Below, one piece after another: positions 1 to 11,819 of a stretch of DNA of 64,000 nt. Each line of letters begins with the position of its first letter. Position 1 is the stretch's first letter. A program made the translations under genes and the position numbers. This DNA comes from Parasitella parasitica NRRL 2501 (lineage: Eukaryota > Fungi > Mucoromycota), in the NCBI GenBank assembly GCA_025201805.1, contig MU619378.1:18555-82554 (forward strand), read 5' to 3'. The notes below the pieces were generated by a model. The model ran no database searches and was not told where the DNA came from. It worked only from the letters and a program-made list of their open reading frames with translations.

Positions 1-300
1 CAAATCAGGCATGATCATCGCTATCTGAGCATTACTTGATTCCCTTTGGGCGATGTGTTTATCAAAAGTTATGTGCGAAAACAGTTTTATTTTTCGATAT
101 TTATCATAAATATCAGATATTTGCTTATAACTTTTGCTAAAATGACCATAAGACCATGATCTAAGTTGGAAAACTTGGCATTGACTTGGCGCTATCTAGA
201 AACAACATTGACATTGATGTTTTTATTGATATCTATAAAGTTATCAGATGATGTCACATATTTTCATATCAGAATTGCATGTAAAATAAACACTGTCATT
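1..300 (+). repeat. Dispersed repeat copy 1 (truncated by window start); probable non-autonomous transposon remnant
   Basis: caggcatgatcatcgctatctgagcattacttgatt...tatcaaaagttatgtgc aligns by eye with 51365-51610 (+) and with the reverse complement of 36820-37065. Confidence 0.8.
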
Positions 301-848
301 GTAGATTATTTTTTCAAGCAAGGAAATAGACAATGATTTATATTGCGAAGCATTTACTTTGACTAATTATAAAATTATATGCATATAGCTCTTGAGATCA
401 CTTTCTGCAGTATATCAGCTATTGATTTATATCACAATGAGGACATTAGATATCATATAGTAGCTGGTAGCAGGTTACAAAATGTCTCAGCAGAATAAAG
501 ATTTAAAAAACGATAGTGTGGCACAAAGAAAATTGACGTTTGGAGTATTTTGTAGAACAAGCTTCCAGTGTGAAAAATTTAAAACAAACAATGGAATTGC
601 CTTGAGTTGATTAGCTGTTCACATTACATTCATTGACTGCCTTCATATCAGTCGCTGATTCCTTAAATGTACAATAGCACATACCAGTTCTGTGATACCA
701 ACGGTTTCTATGTTTTCCCTCAATAGTATTGAATATAATAACAGACACAATTAATAAGCTTCGTACATATGACAATGTTATCGTTGAAATAGAATCTGCA
801 AAATTAAGACAAGATGCAGAAAATAGAAGACCTGAATGTATTTATTAT

Positions 849-2764
849 TTACTGAAGTGCATAATGCTTTAATGTATAGAGTAAAACATGACCTTTTTCA
901 TTTGACACGGCAAGGTAATCACTATTGGGAGAAAAGGCGACGTTTACAACATCACTGAGGGGAGTTCTATTTGTGGGCCAATTGCTATAAGCAGTTGCTG
1001 TGGGCACATGAATGACTCTTAATTGATCTTTCTTGGACTGACTAGTGATGACCATTAGTTGTGAATCATGGTTAAATACAATATTATTGATCCTTGTCGT
1101 TAAGTTGGCGATGGCCTTGATAGGTGTGGGCTTTGTGTTGCTGGGTTCAAGCACAGATCTATCGTACAGGTTGACAATACCCGTAGATGAACTACAATAC
1201 ACAGGCACACAGTTAGAACCTGCACGAGGGAAAAACTTAATCAATGTAAATCCTACCCTGTGGCATAATATTTTTCATTCGGACTGACACAAACAACTGA
1301 GGCACCGATGCAGCCATCATCAATCCAACGTTTGGTGCACTCTTTATCGGCAATGTTGAACTGATAGACCTCACCAGAAGAGCCAAAACCAAAGATAAAG
1401 TTACCATCAGAACTCCAACTCACCGATTCAACAGAGCCATTCATTTTCAAATCGCAGAACCACTTCTTTGTCAAATAGCTTACAATAATGATTGTTCCAC
1501 TTGTTCCTAAGAATGCTATATAACGACCACAAGGGCTGATCGAGAACTTTTCCAGCGATTTCTCCTCTTTGCCCCAAATACCAGGACATTTATCAATAAT
1601 GCCTGATTGGATGTCGTAAATGTAAAAGAATTTGCGTCTTCCACTGACAATAATTTGATCGCCGGAAGGATGAAATTCAGCGTGGTAAATAGGCATGTCT
1701 TTAAACATGACAGATTGGATTTTGGGGTTGATTTTACCGTCAATTTGGAATAACCTCAGTGTTTTATCTAAGCCTGCGGTCAACATAACCTGTGCATTTG
1801 GATGAAACGCGACAGTAGTGATCAATTTCTACACATAAGCGTCAGCATTGAGTGGGGTTTTTGAATAGATATTGACTTACATGCGATCTAGGTACAGCAC
1901 GGTTGGCGTTCTTTACTCGTAATATGTCTAATTTTCTGGGTGAAATGGTATTTTTTCCTGTTCTTCTCTCTAAAATGCCCATTGTGCTCTTCAATAAGTC
2001 TAATCTAGTATTATCGTCCAATTCATCTTCATGGCTATTCGCATAATCATTTTCATCTTCGTCAGAGCTGTCTGATGATGCTTTACGTTTCCTTTTATCT
2101 GCCTCGATTTCTGATGGAAGGCGAGCCCAATCCGGCTTGGGGTAGATTTTGTTGAATCTAAGAGTTTGAGCTTTAGTGGCATTCCATAAAAATAAAGCCA
2201 TTGAATATATATTTACTGTTTGCGTAATCTGCGAGTGTACTCGACACCGTCAATCACATCTTCGTCTTCATTGTTACGAAGTTTCTTTGTGATATTGGTG
2301 GCAGTTAATGAAATCTTTAAGCGCTTATCGTCTTCATCCTCCCAAGCTGCATTACTATCATTATTTGCGCTGCCTTCGCTATCATCACTATCATTTTCGT
2401 CATCATCATCGTCATCATTGTCATTTTGTTTCTGTTCTGCTTCATAATCGATCTCGCTATCAGATCCTTCATGGTCTTCAGCGCCTAATATAGGTGCGTC
2501 CATTGTGTATGTTATTGGTCCAGAATCAAAAAAAAAAGCCTATATCATACACTTAAATTGATGCAGTGATCAAATGAGAAATCATGAGTATACCTCTTCG
2601 TTATCCCCATCTTCATCATCTTCGGTGTTAAAATCTTGTGTCTGTTCATTGTTCAGCTCTTGGCCCGTTTTTGCCCATAAATTCTCGGTGTTGTCACCAA
2701 ACAAAAAGCCTTCAAGCTCTTTTTCAGATGATTCTTTCTTTGCTTTTTTACTGATAGGTGACAT
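849..2764 (-). CDS. UTP18: U3 snoRNA-associated protein 18 (WD40, SSU processome); multi-exon
   Basis: E.ELE.FLFG N-terminus, AAWEDEDD, acidic tract, YTRRLRKQF, WD40 repeats (FHPNAQVMLTAGLDKTLRLFQIDGKINPKIQS), C-terminal YSNWPT..TPL..V..VAFSPNS..LAV.NEKG. Confidence 0.92.
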
Positions 2765-3361
2765 AATTTACAAAACGAAAGGAAAGCACTTACAGAGGCA
2801 CAAATGAAAAAAAAAAAAAAAAAAGGTAATGTGTTGATGGGTGAAAAAAGGTCACCGAAATGTTGGTGCCAAAGGGTGAAGAAAAGCCACTGAGGTACCA
2901 TTGAGGAACAAGTGAATTGTGACATTAAGGAGGTTGCGAACCTATGACTTTAATTTACATTATACAGTATTTGACAGATATTCAGAAGAAAAAATATATA
3001 GTGATTTTAACAAGTTTAAATATAGTTTTTCATTTTACAAATGTAATTTAGCTATTTTGGACACTGAGAAAATTCTTTAAACATAGATTCAATGTGGTTT
3101 TTTTTTACAGCTTTGATGTGCAAAATACAGTTAATTCGAGTTAATTATTCAATGTATACATTTTGTGAAATTGAGAAGATTGGTGGTTTGTTGTTGTTAT
3201 GGTTGCAGTATATATATGTAAATGTGTATAAATATGCGTGTGTGTGTGTGAGAGAAAGAGTGAGAAATAGGGTTTTTTTTCCTTTAGTGTTTATATTTGC
3301 TTTGTTTGTTTTTGTCTTCTTGGTAACAAAATATTGTAAGACGTTTATCAAGAAGAAAAGA

Positions 3362-4672
3362 CTAACAGCCAGATTGATCACCAAAACCATCTTTTCTAAT
3401 ATCAAATAATCTTCCCATATCTTTACCAGCACGAATTAGACGAATGCTCTTGAATGCGTTTCCATTTGGACGTTTGTCTTTTGTCACTTTGCCATGGTGG
3501 TCCAGAATCTTAGTCTCCAGAGCGGTTGGAGTTTCAAAGTCTTCAAAGATCTCATCGCCTAGCTTCACTGATATGCCAGAGAGTCCACATGCCTTTATAA
3601 CCTATGTGGATGTATCGCGGTTAAATATATTATTGGCATGAGGCGAACTAGGGTGAGCTTTACCGTCATTGATTTTGATACCACCACTTTACATGCGCTG
3701 AAATTGCGTTTATATACAATCACATCTTGTTCGCGAATTAAGCCTTTGCGACACATGTCCTTTAGTGTGATGCTCTTCGAATCGCCTGCAACATTATGCG
3801 CTCTTTCTTTATCAATAAGCTCGCCCCAGTAAGACTCGAATGCTTCGTCCTACAGTAAAAAAAAACATGTTAGAAGCGTTTGAATCAATCCATGGTGATA
3901 TATACCTTGAATCTATCCTTTTTGCAGGGTGTTTTATGTGATTTTGATTCATAGGATGCGGTTGACTTGTTGCTACTGCTGTTGTTTGTGGTTGTTGGAG
4001 GAGAAGGGGATAATTGCAATGGAGATTCAGGACGGTAGAATTCGCCATGACCAAGCATAGTTTGCCACTCTGTCAGTGAATTCCAAAAGATGGGGTTATC
4101 AGATTTTGAGAAGAAATCAGGGTTATTATTATTGTGATTATGATTAAAAGCAGAAGCAGGGTTATAGTTTTCATTATTGCGTTGGTATTGTTGTTGTTGA
4201 GAATAGTTTTCATAGTTATTCGAAAGATTTAATAATGCATTTTGATCCACCTGTGGTAGCATTGAACATAATTCATCTCTTTTATCTTGTGATAGCATAT
4301 GAAATGTGGACATATTAAAAACTGACTAAATATACATTGAATTGTAATGTTAGTAATGGTATAAGCTTATATAATGTTTCATACTTCTAAATCAATAGCG
4401 GCTAATGGGCTACATGGATGCGTGCATAGATTATCCAAAGTCCAGCTTGGTTCATAACGTGGTCTTTTATTAGAATGATGGTGGCTATGGTGATGGTAAC
4501 CATGGTTATTAGAAGCATTAATGTGGTGAGGTGGAGATCGAATCATAAGCTGACTTGTTTCTAATGCAACAATGTTGTCTTGATTATCATTGCCTTCAAA
4601 CACCATTTCCCTGCGTTTATTTATCATTGGTGATAGCATACCGGATGTATGATTTGTTGGATGATTGTACAT
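3362..4672 (-). CDS. ASX-homology (DEUBAD) domain protein with C-terminal RAMA-like domain; ~4 exons
   Basis: LCTHPCSPLAAIDLE..FHMLSQDKRDELCSMLPQVD..FW..LTEWQ..L..G and FESYWGE match ASXH. Spliced 3' exons read ITLKDMCRKGLIREQDVIVY...FETPTALETKIL...NGNAFKSIRLIRAGKDMGRLFDIR. Confidence 0.7.
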
Positions 4673-5522
4673 TCTATTAGAGAAAAAAAAACAAGAAAAA
4701 AAGAAGAGAGAGACGAAAAAGTAAGGAGGTCCGTCTTCTTCTTTGAATTAATCATGGAAAAAAAATGAACATCGAAACAAAGAAGGAGGTAAAATAAGGG
4801 TGAAAGGGGGTGAGATTGAGGCGTGTGATCGATGTCATATCTACAAACAACAACACAGAAAACTGCCATAAAAAAAAGGCATCCAGTATTTGCGAATGAC
4901 GAAAGCCCATGTTTATTGCATGACTCCAGTAAAAGGTGTTGTCAAACTTCCCTCTATTTTCTTTGTTCTTTTGCTTGTGCTGTACGTCTCTTTCTAAACA
5001 AATGTTAAATCAACAAGTAAACATCTTTGTACGTCGGCGTTCTAACCTTTTTGATTTGATATTCGATGGCCAGACCATGCTGTCTATGATTTATAGCAAC
5101 TAAACGTGTCATCTATATTCTACTATGAGTTATTGTACAAATCAAACAGGTATAGATAGTGCTATAAGGACTAGTATTACTTGCTCGTATGATACAAATA
5201 TACATACATTGTTTTCCCTCCCTTTCTATATATTGGGTGATACAAGATGCAAGCATCAAGGAAAGCACTTTGTTATCCCCCCCTTCTGTAATGCCCCCTT
5301 GATTACAAGTGCTTTTTATGTTTAAATGATGTTTATATTTGATTTTGAGATATTAATGTTGAATTATATATCAAAAATAATGGCGCGCATTTATATACTT
5401 CTAAAATGCAAATACACAAAAGCACTGTTTATTGGCAGTCATAGACATATATGTTTGTAAAGAAGTGAGCTTTCTCTTTTTTTTCCACACAACACGGCAC
5501 ATTACACAAAATACTCCCTTAA

Positions 5523-8500
5523 ATGAACATCATTGATGCGGGAAATATATTCATTCCACTAAATAAGCCATGTAATTGCTCACAAACTATCAGTGCTGGA
5601 TCGCTAAAGCATTATACTCAAGATGAGAAGCACCTTTATATAGTTGATTTAATAAATCGCCTTGAGAAATCAAACATTATTTTCACAAAATGCTCTGTAT
5701 TGGACATCAACAATATGCTGTGTTGCGTTGGGATAACCGTGATTTTAAGCGAATCAAATGTACCAAGCAAGCTTCTAGATCTCCTGCTATTTGTCAGCAG
5801 ATCCTCTGATCCCGCATCATTTCAGGCGACAATGGACATACCATCAAAATCCAGCTTATTGGATATTTTTATTCACTTGCCATCTCCTCGTATAGACCAT
5901 AATCTCTCAAAGTGGTGCCAAAACCCGGATATATTGGGGTTTCTTAATGAAGATGTTCAAGCTGAAGTTTCCGGAATGAAAACTCGATTGTATACCTATC
6001 AAAAGGTGAGCATTGAGACCGAAATGTTTAATACACTCATAAACATGCCCATAGCATACCATGTGGAAGATATTGCAGAGAGAATTAGCTCCTTCATTGG
6101 TGGAATCGTACGAAATTGTCAGGTTAAGAGCCATGGATAATTCATATTACTATTACAACCAGACAACAGGAGCAGTGACATTGGAGCCTACATACATACT
6201 AGATATTCAAGGTGGCATCATATGCGAAGATATGGGTACCGGGAAAACTTGCATTTGTCTGGCAACTATTATGGCAACCAAAGATTTATCAAATCCGGTT
6301 GACCATCACTCTCATCCCTTGAAATCTGATTATCCAAAGCATGCCCTAGGAGTGGTACCCTCTTTGAAGGAAACGGCAGCCAACATTTTACTGCAATTAG
6401 GAATCAACTGGAAACCTATTCAGCATCAATTGCCTTCTGATGTGGTGGATTGGTTTCAAAAGCATCCGGTTTTTTATGAATGGACAGACATACCTTCTCA
6501 TTATGTCGAGAGACCTCGTCGGGTTCAACCCAACTTTACTACCTTGGCAGTGTACTTATCCAATGCTACGCTTGTTGTGGTACCTGATAACTTGGTTGCA
6601 CAGTGGACAGGGGAAATTTACAAGCACATTCAAGATGGCCAATTGAGATTTCTAGTCTACGATGATATTAAACAAAAGATCACCTCACCTATCACGATAG
6701 CAGACGCTGATTTGGTGCTTATTAGCCAAAGTAGGTTTTCATATGAAAACTTCAAAGGTGGCCTTGATTTCAACAGTAAGTTGTACCCTTTAAGTGTTTT
6801 CAGTAAGTTTAAATATACAAGCGAAAACAAAAAAGGTCATATTTGCCAGTGCCCTTACATTGGCTCAACAAGAGAAAGAGCCTGTGTTTGTTTAGTAACC
6901 AGCTTGGGAGAAGACTATATTTCACCTTTATTGCAAGTTCATTGGAAGAGACTCATATTTGGTATTATATTCAACACTAAATTTAATATGACCATATGTA
7001 AAGCTGTCATAATAACAAACAAACACTGTATTAGATGAGGGACACAGATTATCATCAAAAAACAGACAATCAGAATTATCGTCAAAACTATTTTCAAATT
7101 GGAAATGGGTTTGCACCGGCACCCCAACTCAAAATTTGACTGAATCTGCTTCTATGAGAACCAGGCAGGAATCTCAAATGGACGATCTAAATAGGTTTGT
7201 TTGGTTATGAACAACTGTTTGTTTTGAAGTTCTGATATATACAATCTAGACTGGGGACCTTATTTGGGCAAGCGCTAAATACGGAGCCTTTCAAATCGAA
7301 TAGGAAGCTATGGAACAAGTTAGTGAGTAAACCATTTTTAGAAGGAAAGCCATGGGCAATCACAAAACTATCAAGCATCATGGAACGTACCATGATTCGA
7401 AATCAACGTGTGGACATGGAACAAGAGGTTACACTACCACCACTACATCAAACAACCGTGTACTTAAATTTTGATTACTACCAATGGATTGCTCATAATT
7501 GTCAAATTGCCATGATCAGCCTGAATGCAATCTTATCCAGACGAGAGGGTCCAGATTATTTATTTACTGCGAAAAATCATAAAGCATTACGCGAAACAGT
7601 ATTCAATTTATGGCAGAGCTGTCTTTGGCACTCTGTCGACCTCAAGCTGCTTAAAATGGCCTATGAGAATTGCGTAGAGAAATGCTTGGATGTAGAGCAA
7701 GGCATATCAGATTATGGTGACGAAAACGAAGACCTTGTCAACATCCGTGAGGTACTCTTTCATGCTTTAGAGGATAGGATGTTTACATGTATTATGAGCC
7801 AGCATTCTCCGTCTTACGTTGTACAAGGTTTGCCCACATTGTTCAAAGAGACTTGGGGCTGGCTCAAAGGAGATCATGGCGCTTATGAGCCTTTGGGCTC
7901 ATTACCTTGGGATGACCATTGTGTGATAGGTGCAATTCAAATATTTGAAGCCATGGATGCTGTCATTGCCGTCAAAAATGACGAAATCAAAGACTTGTTT
8001 GTATATAATGGATCGAATCAAACTCTGGTGAGTGTGCATGAGTTTGAGTTGAGGAAAAGTAAAAAGAAGCACGCTGAAGAAATGGCTTTAAAGAAGGCAA
8101 AGAAGAAAAAGACACACGTATTAGGAAAAACGCTATCTGGAAACGATGGCAATGGTAGTGGCCCCTTAGCCAAAAAAGCGTCTTATGATAGGAAGGGCAA
8201 GGACGATGAGAAAAAGCTACAGGTGGATCAAGAAGAACAACTTACTTATTATACTAGGAATGCATTCTCTGATGCTCGAGTACTCTCCAGCTCTAGCGTC
8301 AAGATCAACTACCTAGTAAACCAAGTGTATAAATATCAGTCTACTGAAAAGTGTATTATTTTCTCGCAGCAGTATAATGAAATGTACGAAATATATTTGG
8401 CTTTGGAGCTTGCAAGAGTGCGTGTTCTCATGTATCAAGACAACAAGTTGGTAAACTCGACAAGCTATCTATAGACTGTATATAGAAACCATTGGCTGAT

Positions 8501-9530
8501 GAAGCAATCGATTTAGAACAACGCGCAACGATCCCAAATGATTTTGACGTTTAATACTTCGGATAATGCCAATGTAATTATCATGGCCGTACAAAAAGCG
8601 GCTTATGGGATTGATCTATCGTCAGCCACCCGCGTCTTTTTTGTCAGTCCTGTGTGGCAAATCGGTATGGAACAACAAGCTATCAAACGTGCCCACCGTA
8701 TTGGACAAAAAAATCCTGTTTACATAGAGACACTAGTCATTCGCAATACAATTGAGGATGAATTACTAAAAAGAAGAGATCAGGTGCAAACTGGAGACGG
8801 TAAATATACAGTTGAAAAGTGCTTCGAATTTCTTATAACGGTGATAATCCTACATGTAGAAGTGGAAGAAGATAAAGAAAACTTGAAGCGAGGAGATTTC
8901 TTTGCAGATTCCAAGCTTCGAAACATCCTAAATCATGCTCATTTTGTGCCTTTGCCAGATTCTGTTCGTAAAAATAGAGAAACTGGAGAATATCAACAGA
9001 AGATTGTACCACTAGATGCACCACTATATTTAGTACCTAAGAAAACAATATCAAGTGAACCAAAGAATACTTTAGGCAATGATACGATTGTAACAGAGTC
9101 GTCAGTACAGTTTTCATCGGCCATATTACCCAAACAAGATTACGACATATCAGATATTGACGTGGATGAAACTGGCGATATAGAAGTTGAACAATTCCAA
9201 TTTCAAAATCAAACATTTACTGATGCTTTTGAGAGCCATGGTGAATACGATCAAAGCAGCCAGAGTAGTAACTGTAGCAGCCAAGATGATCATGATATGA
9301 CGCTAGATATAGTGGGTGATGGAGATGTGACGAATCATATTCAACCGTGGAAGATGAGGTTGATGGATGAGCAAAAGCGACACAAAATTGATCACTCGCT
9401 ATCATTGACAAACAACGAAAAGAAGAGGAAATTTACAAAATCGCTATCACCGATAGCAGTACAACTTCAAGCTAAACAAGAACCAAGCAATCCGCCTAAA
9501 CAGAAAAAGAAGACGGTTAGGTTTGCTTAG
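5523..9530 (+). CDS. SNF2-family helicase/ATPase (Rad5/16-like subgroup); multi-exon
   Basis: GGIICEDMGTGKT (motif I), ATLVVVPDNLVAQW (Ia), HWKRLIF|DEGH (II, split by an intron), CTGTP (III), KCIIFSQ (IV), AAYGIDLSSATRVFF (V), EQQAIKRAHRIGQ (VI). Confidence 0.9.
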
Positions 9531-9560
9531 TTTACTGAAGTACATATCATATCATAATTA

Positions 9561-9599
9561 ACGAGCTGTTACTACACCGCCCTACGGTGCACAGCTCGT
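9561..9599. other. GC-rich hairpin (9-bp outer stem plus 5-bp inner stem); possible transposon terminus
   Basis: acgagctgt (9561-9569) / acagctcgt (9591-9599), with inner caccg / cggtg, in AT-rich context; followed by CTAT. Confidence 0.55.
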
Positions 9600-9927
9600 C
9601 TATATGATTGTCTTATCAATGCAACACTACTAACCATTCCAATGAAGGTTTTAGATTGTTCTTTTATCATTTCTTTTAAAATAAACATATGAATAACAAA
9701 TAGTTAGATACAAATAAAATCACAATAGAAAAAGAAGCTGTAGCCATGGACCAAACTGTAAGTACATTGCCATGTACAATCACTTGTAGAGGAAAGGATC
9801 ACATGCAATTGTATCATAGTTTAAGTCGATAGCCTTAGAAGGAATAAGTTTAAATTATACAATAAAATTAGATATTTGCAGTATCTTTTGTAATGACTTT
9901 AGTTTTGAATATAATTAATTTCAGTAT

Positions 9928-11818
9928 TTATTGCTCGGCAAAAGACACTGGGTCCTCATAACAAAGACCAGCATAATCACATTTTGATTCCTTAATCTTG
10001 TGCATCTGTGGGCGGACGATGCTTTCGAGGGACATATCTTCATTCAAGTTTGCTATTCCCAGGAGATCATTATTTATTTCTGTGGCGTGTTCAGCGTTGA
10101 GGGAGTTGATTAAATTTACAGTCGATTTTAAGTGCTCCTATGTATAAAGGTAAAAGTTTCAGTGGTTATTGTCATGATTTTTAACCAGAGATATTTACTT
10201 CGATAAAATGCGCAAACTTAATTAAGTTTGAGATTGTTTGCGACTTGAATTCGAAGTCTAACGACAATTGACATTTTTGTATTCTTTGGAATACAAATAT
10301 ACTATTTGTAAAAGAAATTGACCACAATTGAAGGTGACAGCCTACAAAAATCTATTTAATACAATGATGATACTCGCCTTATCAATGTTATATATTACCT
10401 TTGGAGTGTAAGAAGAGAATACTGAAATTCTTGAAACTGTCCAGTGAAGCATACTTGTATTTTACAGCAATGGTACGCAACATTGTAAAACATGCATAAA
10501 GACCTTTATGAAGGTCGAATTGTATCTTGGACATAGCAACATTTCCATATGCACCGCATGCCTCTACCAGCATTATCTCCAAGTCTTTGTATCTTACGAT
10601 CCCATCAGCTTTATATCCTTCTGATGTACTTTTTATAGTTTCATTATTTTTCCAGATGGTATTGATAGATTTTAGAAATGCTTCTCGGCTTTCGTACGAG
10701 TAGGTTTCGTCCATCAGATTCGCGATTGCCTTCATTAGTGGTGTGATACAGAAATCAACAAAGTTTTTCTCCTGAACTCGCACGTCTGGACTATTTTTGA
10801 CCAGATTTAATGCATAACAATAATTTATAATTGGTAAAGCTAATTAAATATCACTTATTGTACTTACACAACAAAGCAAACATTTTGTAAATAAAACACA
10901 TCTTTACCAGACTCAGCTGGAATTGATCTCATCCTTCTCTCGAAGCTCTTCAAATTATTTATGAACTAAATGAAAAATTACAGCGATTGAGGTACAGGAC
11001 AAATACGCTTTTGATAAGTCTGAGTGTATCATTGGCACTGGTTGCTTAGTGAAATGGCCCTTCGATTGTTTGTACCTATCGCCATTAATCTCCTTTTGTG
11101 CCAAAATACCATCTCCACATATAATAACACCATTCCTAATTGCACTATATTATTACATTAGCATATTGTGCCATCATGTTTGGTAGATACAGCGAAATGA
11201 AAATAACTGTACCTATATTTATGATATTTTTCATTATCACGACCTAGCATTTTCTTGAACTATTCCCAAACATCTTCAGAAGGTTTCTATTTAAAAAAGT
11301 TTAATTATATCAAACATCGCTTTTATATTTATCGTACTTACCTCTCTTTCTTCTTCTTCTCTTCCATCCGCTATTTCATCTACTTCCCTCTTTCCACTAT
11401 TATTTAATATTATTTTAAAATATACACTATACGCTACAGAAAGAATAGAAGGGGACAGAGCATTCAAAAGAGTATAAATAGCGTACCTTCTCTTTTCTAT
11501 AGCTTTTCTTTTTCTAGAGCTGGATTTGTTATTGAAGGCGACCGTTGACTTATTGATTGAGTCAATTTTGTTTACTTGGCTTCAAAACGTTACTGAAGAA
11601 AAAGTTTGTATTGAAATAAAACTTACCTTGGAGTAGCAGCTGGAGGAGGGGAGAAATTATCCTTTTCATCACACTTGAGGTTATCGCCACTAGCCAAGCT
11701 CTAATAATAAAATAAAATAGAAGAAGGAAGAGTTTAACGAATAGAAAAAGTACGCCAAAATTAACTTACTTTCCAATTTGCAAGCCAATTTTTCGCAACA
11801 GAACATTCATATGTTTTT
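9928..11818 (-). pseudogene. Multi-intron PD-(D/E)XK (restriction endonuclease-like, Crinkler-type) nuclease gene, apparently 5'-truncated by a Helitron end
   Basis: Core exon 10388-10783 has E..L.S...YKADGIVRY.DLEIMLVEACG......K...DLHKG. Last exon ends LESIVRPQMHKIKE..DYAGL...EQ* (stop 9928-9930). First visible exon KTYECSVAKNWLANWK abuts CTAG at 11820. Confidence 0.6.
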
Positions 11819-11819
11819 A

